From Oligoflexia bacterium (GTDB lineage: Bacteria > Bdellovibrionota > Bdellovibrionia > JABDDW01), in assembly GCA_043732305.1 (NCBI GenBank), contig JAYTHU010000102.1:1-64000 (forward strand): a stretch of 64,000 nt of DNA, given 5' to 3'. Position 1 is the stretch's first letter; each line of letters starts with the position of its first letter. This document shows positions 1 to 9,466 of this stretch, in pieces. Made by a program: the position numbers and the translations under genes. The notes beneath the pieces were generated by a model. The model was not told where the DNA came from. It saw nothing but the letters and a program-made list of their open reading frames with translations, and made no database searches.

Positions 1-260
1 ATGTAGCTCGATTTGGGACGATGGATTTCCTGATCTCTCCAAGGTGGCTAGGAAATATAAAATTGAGTCCTAAAGATTTTTCTGACCAAGATTTTTTTGC
101 CATCGTTGCCGACGAATTTTATACCTTAGGAGCTATTCATTCTCGAACCGCCAGTTCAAGCTACGTTCAAGGCGTGGAACACACTTCAGTTCAAACTTGG
201 ATACAAGTGGCATCGAGCATCGCTCAATTCATGACACTTACTTTTGAAACAGTTCACTAA
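1..260 (+). CDS. Probable 3' end of a hypothetical protein entering from the left edge
   Basis: Frame is open from position 3 to the stop at 258-260 and converges on the PLD gene. No recognisable motif. Confidence 0.4.
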   Translation, partial: VARFGTMDFLISPRWLGNIKLSPKDFSDQDFFAIVADEFYTLGAIHSRTASSSYVQGVEHTSVQTWIQVASSIAQFMTLTFETVH

Positions 261-1518
261 TCTTATCTAGAACATGAGCGCACTTCGCGATGGCATCGAT
301 TTTCCCAGGAGTGAGTGGAGCCCTGACTTGCGGACCTGGGGGAATGGTTTTTATCCAGTCTGTATTGAAAGCATTCTCAATTTTCACAATAGAAGGCTTA
401 TCTAAAAATATGATTCCAAGTTCGCGCGCCATAGTCAGTGAATTGAAACTAAAATTTTCAGACATAATGGCAGCTATCTTGCCTTTTTTTCCATTCACCA
501 CGATCATTTTTGCGTGTATGTAAGGTGTCTCTGCAGATGAAGGCGGAGGCATTAGTCTGACATCAACAGTTATTTTCTTCCCATTTACAGATTGATTTTG
601 CATCTCATAGACGGCCACTAAATTATAATTTGGATCCGGATTCAGATCTCTCTGCGGAACGACCAGCCTTACTTTCACACCTCGTTCGACTGCCTGAAGA
701 AGCGCCTGCTGCACTCCAAAGTTTCGAATATTTTCTACTGACGCGATGAGGTCTGTTCCAGGTTCAGCATAATTAATCAGATCTACAATTTTATCTTGGG
801 AATTTACCGGACTCCATATTAAATTCGGCATGGTTGAAGCAGGCGATGCGTCTAGCCCCGGTGGAATTCCGGGTTGATGAGGCGCCTTCTGCCGGATCGT
901 TTCATCGGCAGCCACCTGCACTAAATTTTCACCACCATCTTTCAAGGCAAGTTCCCAATCGGCATCAAAGTAGCTATTCACTTCTTTGGCTACATTCACG
1001 TTATCCGTAGTCAAACCGTAATCTCTTTGAATGGGAGCATTGGTGGTCAGATTGATGGTCGTGATCATAGATATCACACCGTTTACCAGCATGGTCTTAG
1101 CATGTGTGAGAGTGAATCTTTTGGTGCTCGCCGCCACTTGAATTCCTGCTTTTTGCAAAGTGAGAGCGATTTGCAAAGTGCTGTCAGTGACCATTCCATT
1201 TCTGTTGAGAATAATTTGTGTGGGACCTTTGCCATTTTTTGCGCGATCAAGCAAAGCCTGAACCACTTCTGGGTCAGTCAGATGATACATAAAAAGTTTC
1301 AATGAAGTCGTAGCTGGATCGGAAATTTTATCTAAAAATGGCTGATGATTGGGTGCGGGAGTAACAAAAAAATCCTGGACTTTGATATCGACCAAACCGG
1401 CAATCCAAGCAGCGTTCTCGGCGAACGCAATGTTTGTCCAAGTAAATGCCAATACGAAAGTCGTGAAAATAGCCCCACGCCGAAATAGCGGATGGAACAT
1501 CCAAGCAACTAAATTCAT
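238..1518 (-). CDS. Secreted phospholipase D superfamily protein with two PLD-like domains
   Basis: Signal peptide ending IAFA. Two HxKxxxx(D->N) motifs, HAKTMLVNG...TINLT and HAKMIVVNG...SENFS, followed by RDYG and RELG, plus F..DW motifs typical of cardiolipin-synthase-like PLDs. Confidence 0.85.
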   Translation of the reverse strand: MNLVAWMFHPLFRRGAIFTTFVLAFTWTNIAFAENAAWIAGLVDIKVQDFFVTPAPNHQPFLDKISDPATTSLKLFMYHLTDPEVVQALLDRAKNGKGPTQIILNRNGMVTDSTLQIALTLQKAGIQVAASTKRFTLTHAKTMLVNGVISMITTINLTTNAPIQRDYGLTTDNVNVAKEVNSYFDADWELALKDGGENLVQVAADETIRQKAPHQPGIPPGLDASPASTMPNLIWSPVNSQDKIVDLINYAEPGTDLIASVENIRNFGVQQALLQAVERGVKVRLVVPQRDLNPDPNYNLVAVYEMQNQSVNGKKITVDVRLMPPPSSAETPYIHAKMIVVNGKKGKIAAIMSENFSFNSLTMARELGIIFLDKPSIVKIENAFNTDWIKTIPPGPQVRAPLTPGKIDAIAKCAHVLDKISELFQK

Positions 1519-1591
1519 TTTATTTTACCCCAAACCCCTTAGAGAAAACATATTAGACAAAAGGCCAGCAGTCCAGCAGACCCAGTTCGCT

Positions 1592-1618
1592 TAAGAGTTT
1601 AAAGAGGACTGACGATAA
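1592..1618 (+). promoter_or_regulatory. Putative sigma28 (FliA)-like promoter
   Basis: TAAG-N15-GACGATAA versus consensus TAAA-N15-GCCGATAA, 5 nt upstream of the GTG at 1624. Confidence 0.45.
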
Positions 1619-1623
1619 ATCAA

Positions 1624-3153
1624 GTGATGAGATTCATTTCACTTTTTTTAATTTCAGTACTTTTTTTCAATACGCTTTCAATCAGCGCATTCGGTGTCAC
1701 GACTTGCGAGATTTCGGTGAAAAATAAGTATGCAGCAAACTGGAATCAAAAACTGTGGCGTGCGTTTGATCTTCGCTGGCTGAGTGCTAAAGTTCCTTCC
1801 CGCGCAAATTGGAAATCAGTGGAAGATCTTATCGCCGCTCATCCGCTAGGCGATCCCACTACTGGAGCCTGGCTTCAGGATATAGCCGCGCGCTCAATTA
1901 AAAATCAGGTCTCCTATGAAGAAGTCTTGGCTTACGGAGCCGTTGTGGATCCCCAAAGTTTTGGTGTCATGATGGCTGAGGCAAAAGCGCGAAACTTAAA
2001 TTGGGCGAGACAATCCATCGGTCTAGCTTGGAAGAAATCAAACAAAGTCCTAGTCGATCGTGGACTTTTGGATTTGGGCGGAATTTTAAAAGTGATCAGA
2101 TTTCCTGCACGCACTTCTGACTATCAAGAATTAATGACTAATCTTTTTAAAGCGCTTGCTCCGCCTAAACCAAGCTTGGGATCAGTTGCGCTAAAAACAG
2201 ATTGGAAGAAATTTAATTATACTAGAGTTTGGATTGATGAAAATGAAATCTGGAAGCAAAATCAAAAAGACGCAATGACTTTTTTTTTAAACCTGCAAAA
2301 ATTTTCGACAGAACCCAGATCTGCAGCCGAGGTTGAAAAATTTCTTAGTGCTAGCGGGTTTGACAAAGATCTCAAAGAATTACAACGCTCAGGAATATTC
2401 TCTCAATCATCGCCAAGCCAAACGATTGCTTACATCTACGGAAAATATGACCGAGTAAAAGCTAACGGCCTCGTATACCAACTCGCCAAAGCGGTACTTT
2501 TCAGAGTCCCATTTTTATTTATGCTATCAGATTTTATGAGAAGCCCAGAAAACTATCACCCCACGGAGATTTCTCATTGGCTCGCTATCGCCGCAGCCCT
2601 ATTCCCCGAGAGACTTTTCCTGTCTGTGTTTCAAGTGGAGATTGCTGGCTATGCCGCTTCCCAAACCGGGTTCACTGACAAAATCTCAAACTTCACCAAT
2701 GAAGGTTATAAGTTTGTTGAACGCGCTTTCACCGATGCCCTTTGCTATCGAAAAGATGGTGTGAGTTGCGATCAGGTTGATAGCTTAAAAACTCCATCTA
2801 TGAAGTCCATGACAATTCAAAGTCAAATTGATTTGATCACGCCAGAACAATTGGAATCTGCGGGCGGTTACGATCTTACAGGCTTGATGAATGACTCAGC
2901 AAAAAATGATCCGATAGGATTTCCTTGTGACCCTTATCAAATCATTTACAAAAATTATCAAAAAAATCTTGCGGTGGAAATGAAGGAAGCAGCAACCACA
3001 TCCGCAAAAAATCAGATGAACAGTTTAAACACCCGCAGCACGGCAGATACGGCTGAAGTCTGTCGAGTGAAACTTAGACGAAGTTATTACAATCTCCATC
3101 GGAATGAATTTAAATCGGAAAGCGACGCCATCAAAGAGCAGATGGAAAAATAG
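1624..3153 (+). CDS. Hypothetical secreted or membrane protein
   Basis: 509-aa ORF with a signal peptide ending SAFG, internal hydrophobic segments and several C-terminal Cys. Confidence 0.75.
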   Translation: MMRFISLFLISVLFFNTLSISAFGVTTCEISVKNKYAANWNQKLWRAFDLRWLSAKVPSRANWKSVEDLIAAHPLGDPTTGAWLQDIAARSIKNQVSYEEVLAYGAVVDPQSFGVMMAEAKARNLNWARQSIGLAWKKSNKVLVDRGLLDLGGILKVIRFPARTSDYQELMTNLFKALAPPKPSLGSVALKTDWKKFNYTRVWIDENEIWKQNQKDAMTFFLNLQKFSTEPRSAAEVEKFLSASGFDKDLKELQRSGIFSQSSPSQTIAYIYGKYDRVKANGLVYQLAKAVLFRVPFLFMLSDFMRSPENYHPTEISHWLAIAAALFPERLFLSVFQVEIAGYAASQTGFTDKISNFTNEGYKFVERAFTDALCYRKDGVSCDQVDSLKTPSMKSMTIQSQIDLITPEQLESAGGYDLTGLMNDSAKNDPIGFPCDPYQIIYKNYQKNLAVEMKEAATTSAKNQMNSLNTRSTADTAEVCRVKLRRSYYNLHRNEFKSESDAIKEQMEK

Positions 3154-3158
3154 CTCGC

Positions 3159-3503
3159 TCAAGTTAAAGAAATACTTTTAGTTTTTCGCGAAAATCTTTT
3201 AAGCACGAGCAGAATTAAAAAACTTAGCGCCCACCAAAAGAAGAATTGCAAAGCAAAAGTGATCAACAGTTGCAGTGGGCGCTCAAGATAAGCCACCATG
3301 CCTTGACTGCTGTAAAACAGAAAACTCATTACAAAAACTAAATCCTCAAACAGTCGGGCAAAAACCGAAACCTTAGCGCGATTGCTATCGACCAAAAAAC
3401 CCACTTCAATCACTAAAAGCAAAATCCAGATTAAAGGGACCCAAAGGGACACCAAAAATATATTCTTATAGGTTTTCCAGAAATTAGAAATTTTCTTTTT
3501 CAC
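3159..3503 (-). CDS. Small hypothetical membrane protein (2-3 TM)
   Basis: 114 aa with strongly hydrophobic segments flanked by Lys/Arg-rich ends. Confidence 0.65.
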   Translation of the reverse strand: MKKKISNFWKTYKNIFLVSLWVPLIWILLLVIEVGFLVDSNRAKVSVFARLFEDLVFVMSFLFYSSQGMVAYLERPLQLLITFALQFFFWWALSFLILLVLKRFSRKTKSISLT

Positions 3504-3662
3504 CCATAAATCTTAAACTGGTACGCCCTCGATTGAACAGCAGTATTGCGGTTATTTTTATAGAGTGGCCCTAGAATTTTCACGGCGAGCTCCTTCCAAA
3601 GTTGACCAGCGTTAGCCAAAGCATTGCCCGTCTTTAAGGCAGCCTATAGATTAGAATTTCAT

Positions 3663-3678
3663 TGGCACCCAGAATGCA
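3663..3678 (+). promoter_or_regulatory. Putative sigma54 (-24/-12) promoter
   Basis: TGGCAC-CCAGA-ATGCA has GG-N10-GC spacing and lies about 43 nt upstream of the ATG at 3721. Confidence 0.7.
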
Positions 3679-3720
3679 TAACAGCAATTTGCCTGGATCT
3701 TTATTTTGAAAGGTAAAGAA

Positions 3721-5859
3721 ATGAAAAAAGCCTGTCTTGTCGCCCTGATCTCACTCCAACTTTCTTTCTCCGGAAATTTTGCGTTTGCCCAAGCAGCTTC
3801 AACTGGAAACTGCGGACAATTTTATTCAGGAAGTACGGCCAGTAGCGTCTGCGCTCCGGCAAATTCCGCATTCGGAAATGTAAATGACCCTTGGGGAACT
3901 GGCACAAGCAGTTCCAGCAGCGACTCTGGGAACGTCTGGAATAATGGCGGAGTCACGGGTGGCGACTGGAACAGCACGAATGCATCTGCCGGATGGGATC
4001 CCTCGACTAGTAACACAGGATACATGGGCGGTTACGGTTCAAGTGGCGGCATATTCAGCAGTCTTGCCCAAGCCACTCCTATTCTCAATGAAAACTACCC
4101 TGCCTATATTGCGAAACTTCGAGCAGACAACGCGTATGCAAAAACTGACGATGAACTTGCACAAATCATCATTAACGAAGGTGTAAAGAACGCAGCAATC
4201 AGTGCGGCAGGAGTAGCTCTAGGCTATGCGACCCTCCAATATATTTATCCGAGGGTGACCTCGGGATTGGCAAATCTTGGCGGCTTAACCATGTACATGG
4301 GATTCGATTGGGCCGCAACCTTCGTTCCAGAAGCAAAAATGATTTTGCGATTAGCGGCTCTCTATTACCAACTCCCGCCAAGTCCGGTCGAGCGGTATGA
4401 TCTTATCACGACCACTGTTATGACTGCTGTAGTTGGAAATGGCGCCGCTGCATTGGGGCAAAACGCATTTTCCAAATATCTGGCGTCACTCTTAAACTAC
4501 CAAACAGCTGTGTTGGCTGGACAAGCTCTAGCCCCTGCCGCAATAGTAGTTTCAGACGGTGTTCTGCAAAATTTTGCGACATCGACTGTTGGTGACCTTG
4601 TCAACGTCATGGTCAAGGGTGGTATTCAACAAGCCCTCATCACAGACGATCTTAGGACTCAAGCAGTCAATACAGTTTTGGCCGACGCCACAGCTACGTT
4701 TGCAAAAACGGAAATACAAAAACACGCTCCTTGGACAACTTGGCTGAGAGAAGCACTTCAAAATAATTTAGCCGTCTACCTGTCCAACGATTCTAAAATG
4801 GCATTATCAGCGGGAATTTCTGGGGCTATTTTCACGTCTCTTTCGTGGGCAACCGTTCACGCGCATGCAAAATCGATCGGCAACGAAACAAAGATTAGAT
4901 TTGAGACTATGGCAAATGCCGAACGGGAAGCCGCTCGCCGCACAATTGAAACTTCAAACTACTACTCTAAACAAACACTGTGGCAGATTGTTCTGCGTTA
5001 TATATTCAACACCTATCCAACAACAGTGACAACGCCCGCAGCGAGACAAGCGTTGGACAAAGAACGTCAGAAAGTTCTTCAGGCACTCTCTATTTCATTC
5101 CCGCTGGTGAAAAACGAGATTCTGGATGAGCGAGCAGATATTTTGGCAGATTTCGATAAAGATCTGTTGGCCAGTAAAACTCAGAGCGCGACAGTTGTTC
5201 GACTTGTTGATCATTCACTGACTGAGATGGCCGCCCATCTGAATTTCTTCTCGCGACTTTATTTTATGAAAACAATCATCGCGGCGATGTATCAAGGTAA
5301 ACATACCCTCACCGCTCAAGATCAAAAAGCCATCGAGACAATTTCCTACGAACTAGGATTAAGCTTACCAGCGATCAACAAAAACAAACTCCAAGGGAAC
5401 GATCCCCGCCTCCAAGACATTGCCACTTTCGACTCGATGCTTGCTCAAATGGCGGACACTTACAGCAAAATGGATGACATCTTGAAAGGCAAAGTCAAAG
5501 TATCCAAAGACTCAGCAATGTTCAAAAATTTAGGAACTTGGGGTAAAGGGGGAACAATCATTCTCGAAGACAAAGTTAAGGGAACTCCTTACGAACAGAT
5601 CGGTCAAGCAGCCGTGGATGGGGAAACGAGTACTACACTGACTGGATCGAAGAATAGCGCGGCAGCAAGCGCGGCGGCGGCGAAGGTTGGCGCAGATCCT
5701 ACAAAAATGTGCGTTTACTTAGGAACTTGCAATCCTAATGGCTCACCCCTGACTCCGGAAAATGCCGTCGTCATGGCGCCGCCAGCACAGCAAGCAGGTT
5801 CAGCACCCGCAGCTAGTCCGGCTTCGGGCGCAGCCAGTGGGCCGGATTTTCATTGGTAG
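3721..5859 (+). CDS. Secreted hypothetical protein with a low-complexity G/S/W N-terminus, an EcsC/DUF697-like hydrophobic region and a possible TerB-like helical segment
   Basis: ATG 3721 follows GAAAGGT. Signal peptide ends AFA. Motifs AAISAAGVALG...DWAATFVPEAKMILRLAALY and FMKTIIAAM...QDQKAIETISYELGLS. Domain calls are tentative. Confidence 0.7.
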   Translation: MKKACLVALISLQLSFSGNFAFAQAASTGNCGQFYSGSTASSVCAPANSAFGNVNDPWGTGTSSSSSDSGNVWNNGGVTGGDWNSTNASAGWDPSTSNTGYMGGYGSSGGIFSSLAQATPILNENYPAYIAKLRADNAYAKTDDELAQIIINEGVKNAAISAAGVALGYATLQYIYPRVTSGLANLGGLTMYMGFDWAATFVPEAKMILRLAALYYQLPPSPVERYDLITTTVMTAVVGNGAAALGQNAFSKYLASLLNYQTAVLAGQALAPAAIVVSDGVLQNFATSTVGDLVNVMVKGGIQQALITDDLRTQAVNTVLADATATFAKTEIQKHAPWTTWLREALQNNLAVYLSNDSKMALSAGISGAIFTSLSWATVHAHAKSIGNETKIRFETMANAEREAARRTIETSNYYSKQTLWQIVLRYIFNTYPTTVTTPAARQALDKERQKVLQALSISFPLVKNEILDERADILADFDKDLLASKTQSATVVRLVDHSLTEMAAHLNFFSRLYFMKTIIAAMYQGKHTLTAQDQKAIETISYELGLSLPAINKNKLQGNDPRLQDIATFDSMLAQMADTYSKMDDILKGKVKVSKDSAMFKNLGTWGKGGTIILEDKVKGTPYEQIGQAAVDGETSTTLTGSKNSAAASAAAAKVGADPTKMCVYLGTCNPNGSPLTPENAVVMAPPAQQAGSAPAASPASGAASGPDFHW

Positions 5860-5866
5860 TCTTTAA

Positions 5867-6841
5867 TTAAGACGGCTCAGCCTGGCCGGGTCTATCCAGA
5901 TAAAAATAGCGATCAAAAACAGAACTGTAACCAGACCATGAAGCCGAAGCGCTCTTTGCTTTTTCTCCGGCCATGAAAGTTTGCAGTGCCGTGATTTTGG
6001 AGTCGAGTTCGTCTATTGAACTAACAATATAGGCTTCAAGTGTTTGCGGAAGTTTGGGACTTCCATATTCTAATTTCCCGTGATGACTGAGAACAATATG
6101 TTTGCAGACGATTTTTAAATCGTCAGGAAAATTTTTGATCGTCTTAGTTTTGCGTTCCACTAATTCTGCGCCCATCACCAAATGTCCAATGAGTTTACCG
6201 GCATTAGTGTAGGAAGTGTTGGTGTCGAAATCAAGTTCCCAAAGTTTTCCAATATCATGAAAGATCGCACCAAAAATAAGCAGGCTCACATCCACATTTT
6301 CATAATGAGTCCCCATAAAAAGCATAATCTTACAAATTGAAAGTGTGTGCTCGAGCAGCCCACCAACCCACGCGTGATGAATGGATCTTGCCGCTGGACA
6401 TTTCATGTAGCGAGGCTTGATCTCTGGATCTTCCAAAGTTTCCGTGATGAGTTGTTTGATATATTTATTTTTAATTCCAGCAACAATCATCATGAGGTTT
6501 TTAAACATGACTTCAGCGTCAAATTGCGATGAGAGGAGAAAATCTTCGATCTTCACATCTTTCTTAGTGATTTTTTCGATTTGTGAGATCACGAGTTGCA
6601 ATCGCTTTTGATAAAGATTAGCGACCCCTTTAACTCGAACAAAATCATCTTGTTGAAAAGTGGGAAGAACTCCCTCGACATTGTCCCACATGCGGCCATC
6701 GAGACTTCCGGTTTTATCAGCGAGCATGAGAGCCAAATACGGTTTGCCATTTTTTGCAAGTGGCGAAGCTTTTTGTCTCACGAGAAAAACGCTTTCCACG
6801 AGGTCTTTGTCTTTAATGTCTTTAACAAAAATTTTAATCAT
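5867..6841 (-). CDS. yhaM: OB-fold + HD-domain 3'-5' exoribonuclease (YhaM/Cbf1 family)
   Basis: N-terminal OB fold (KNGKPYLALMLADKTG), PAARSIHHA..GGLLEH, FHDIGK, SHHGKLEYGSP. Start set at ATG 6841 after AAGGA. Confidence 0.9.
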   Translation of the reverse strand: MIKIFVKDIKDKDLVESVFLVRQKASPLAKNGKPYLALMLADKTGSLDGRMWDNVEGVLPTFQQDDFVRVKGVANLYQKRLQLVISQIEKITKKDVKIEDFLLSSQFDAEVMFKNLMMIVAGIKNKYIKQLITETLEDPEIKPRYMKCPAARSIHHAWVGGLLEHTLSICKIMLFMGTHYENVDVSLLIFGAIFHDIGKLWELDFDTNTSYTNAGKLIGHLVMGAELVERKTKTIKNFPDDLKIVCKHIVLSHHGKLEYGSPKLPQTLEAYIVSSIDELDSKITALQTFMAGEKAKSASASWSGYSSVFDRYFYLDRPGQAEPS

Positions 6842-6851
6842 AAAATCCTTT

Positions 6852-7745
6852 TCACGGGTACCGAGCTCGCCATGCGAGGCAATATTCATCTACGAGTGCG
6901 CGATAAAGTTTCATCAAACGTTCGGTCACGGGGCCAGGGTTTCCATTATTCAAAAGTTTTCCGTCGACACTTCTGATTGGCGCGACTTCTTTTACGGATC
7001 CGGTGCCGAAGGCTTCGTCAGCTTGGTAAACTTCTTCAGGGGTAAAATATTTCTCAACCAATTTAATTTCATTTTCTTCACAGACGATTCTGATTTTTTT
7101 ACGCGTGATACCTTTGAGTAAATCAGCATCGTCAGGAGCCATGTAAACCACTCCGTCCTTCACGTAATAAAAATTCCACGTTGTACCTTCGGTCACAAAT
7201 CCATCACGGTTCACCATGATCGCATCGTGAACTTTCGCGCGTTTGGCCTCGCCGAGTGCCATGATGTTATTCAGATAATTTCCAGATTTGATATTTGGAT
7301 CCATCGCTTTTTTGGTATTGCGTAGAGTGGTGGCTGTGACAATATCGATTCCCTTTACATAGGTCTCAGGTTTGACATAACTATCAAGCTTCCGCATGTA
7401 GATCACGCGGCTGATATTATCACTCGAATAAGGATCGAGATTAATTCCCGCTTCCCCACGTGTCACAATGATTCTCATGTAAGCATCTTGCAAATCGGAC
7501 TCATGCGCCACGCGGTAAATTTCCGCCATGTAATCGCGCTCATCCATTTGCAAGTTCAAGTCGATGCGACTGGCCGAATAGAACATTCGTTCGATGTGAT
7601 CTTCTAGGGCAAAAAATACTCCGTTGTACCTGCGGGCGACTTCATAGACGCTGTCACCATAGAGAAATCCGCGATCAAAAGCAGATATCTTAGCTTCACT
7701 TGGTTTAAATATTTCACCATTGATGGCGACGAGTTCAGTCAGCAC
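6852..7745 (-). CDS. PLP-dependent class IV aminotransferase (branched-chain/D-amino acid aminotransferase family)
   Basis: DRGFLYGDSVYE, IKSGNYL (PLP lysine), EGTTWN, LKGITR, ADEAF. Confidence 0.92.
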   Translation of the reverse strand: MLTELVAINGEIFKPSEAKISAFDRGFLYGDSVYEVARRYNGVFFALEDHIERMFYSASRIDLNLQMDERDYMAEIYRVAHESDLQDAYMRIIVTRGEAGINLDPYSSDNISRVIYMRKLDSYVKPETYVKGIDIVTATTLRNTKKAMDPNIKSGNYLNNIMALGEAKRAKVHDAIMVNRDGFVTEGTTWNFYYVKDGVVYMAPDDADLLKGITRKKIRIVCEENEIKLVEKYFTPEEVYQADEAFGTGSVKEVAPIRSVDGKLLNNGNPGPVTERLMKLYRALVDEYCLAWRARYP

Positions 7746-7876
7746 GTTTTACCCCTTTTTAACTTGCCCGGATCATAGCCTGTGATAAGACGTAGGACGA
7801 GAAAAAATTAAAGTTATTAGCAGACTTAATAGTCCCACAATCGTCTCATCGACAAAATATAAAGGCAGTAAAAAAA

Positions 7877-8440
7877 ATGGGCATAAAATCAGACAAATGG
7901 ATTCGCGAACAATCTCTTAAAGGCCCAGGACTGGGAATGATCGAACCTTTTGAAAAGGCCCAAGTTCGCGGCGATGTCATTTCCTACGGTCTGTCTTCAT
8001 ACGGCTATGACATTCGCGTTGCCGATGAATTCAAAATCTTCACCAATATCAACAACACCTTGATTGATCCCAAAAATTTTGACACAAATAGTTTTGTCAC
8101 GATCAAAGCACCAAGCTGCATTGTGCCCCCCAATTCTTTTGCTCTCGCCCGCACCATCGAATATTTCCGTATCCCCCAAAACGTGATCACGATTTGTCTC
8201 GGCAAAAGTACCTATGCTCGTTGCGGAATCATCATCAATGTCACCCCTTTTGAGCCGGGCTGGGAAGGTTACGTCACTCTAGAAATTTCCAACACCACTC
8301 CTCTTCCCGCAAAAATCTATGCCAACGAAGGCATCGCTCAAGTTCTCTTCTTTGAAGGCGACGAACCCTGCGAGATCAGCTACTCCGCCAAAAAAGGCAA
8401 GTACATGGGCCAAGTCGGAGTGACGCTACCAAGATTGTAG
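7877..8440 (+). CDS. dcd: dCTP deaminase
   Basis: [49 protein letters not shown]. Confidence 0.97.
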   Translation: MGIKSDKWIREQSLKGPGLGMIEPFEKAQVRGDVISYGLSSYGYDIRVADEFKIFTNINNTLIDPKNFDTNSFVTIKAPSCIVPPNSFALARTIEYFRIPQNVITICLGKSTYARCGIIINVTPFEPGWEGYVTLEISNTTPLPAKIYANEGIAQVLFFEGDEPCEISYSAKKGKYMGQVGVTLPRL

Positions 8441-8650
8441 AAAAATGATTGGGTCAACGGAGTCTCGCACTGACTCCACTCTAATTGTCTACAAAGATGT
8501 CGCCTAAGCAAAAGCAGACAAAATGTGAGGGGAAGCGCGTTAGGTGAATAAAGCTTCGACTATAAAATAATTTACTGAAAATTATAAACTTATCAATTAG
8601 CTATTTTTTTAGACTCAAAGCGCATCCAATACCCATCTCACGGCGGAAAT

Positions 8651-9466
8651 CTAATTAGCCACGCACATGAGATCTCTGTGGCGGGAGTCTAGAATTTCGA
8701 TAGAGGATTCAAAGATTTTTCCGTCCTTGATCACAAAGAAATAATAATTACCGACGAGAACACTTAAATGACGATCATGAGTGGTGTTGAGAAAAAATCC
8801 TTCAACATCCATATTTTTCTGCCAGTAAGATGTGAGGTCAAAGAAATGTCCGCACCCGCTACCTAACTTCATTCCTTCAACTTCGCGAATTTTGGAACGG
8901 GAAACGAAGTAAACTTTGGTCATCCCGGGTAGAAATTCTTTTTTGTCCCAGTTAAATTTCAAATAAAAACTGCCACGGGTTGATTCAGAAATATAATACG
9001 AGAGATCAAGAATGCCTCCGCCTGGTGGAAAATCAAGAACGTAGTTTTTGCCCCCAAGCACCCCGTCAGTTTTTTCCAACACTTGCACTTGAAAAGAAAA
9101 ATTCTCGGTCTGTGGATGTTTTTTTAGTAATTCATCCAATTCATTTTTATCAACTTTAAGAGAATGCCCACCTTCTCTGATCTCAGGCTTTTTTCCGCCA
9201 TCACTTTCAGAGCCTTCTTTTCCAGAGCTTTCCTTTTTAGTTTCTTCTTTTTTCTTGCCGCCCTCCGAACTTTCGCCTTCAGCGGCGGTCACCACATTCT
9301 TCAAGGCAAATTCTGATTCCACGGCCTTCCAAACCGCAGTAGGAACAATGACGGTGACTTTGCCACTCCCCATAGACTTCGTTTCAGTAGGAGTAGAACT
9401 TTTAGTTTGGTTGCAGGCGAATGACGATAGACAGATCAGACTCAGCAGCGCAAAACCTAATTTCAT
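8651..9466 (-). CDS. Hypothetical lipoprotein
   Basis: Lipobox-like SFAC and a charged low-complexity linker. ATGA overlap with the upstream TPR gene. Confidence 0.75.
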   Translation of the reverse strand: MKLGFALLSLICLSSFACNQTKSSTPTETKSMGSGKVTVIVPTAVWKAVESEFALKNVVTAAEGESSEGGKKKEETKKESSGKEGSESDGGKKPEIREGGHSLKVDKNELDELLKKHPQTENFSFQVQVLEKTDGVLGGKNYVLDFPPGGGILDLSYYISESTRGSFYLKFNWDKKEFLPGMTKVYFVSRSKIREVEGMKLGSGCGHFFDLTSYWQKNMDVEGFFLNTTHDRHLSVLVGNYYFFVIKDGKIFESSIEILDSRHRDLMCVAN

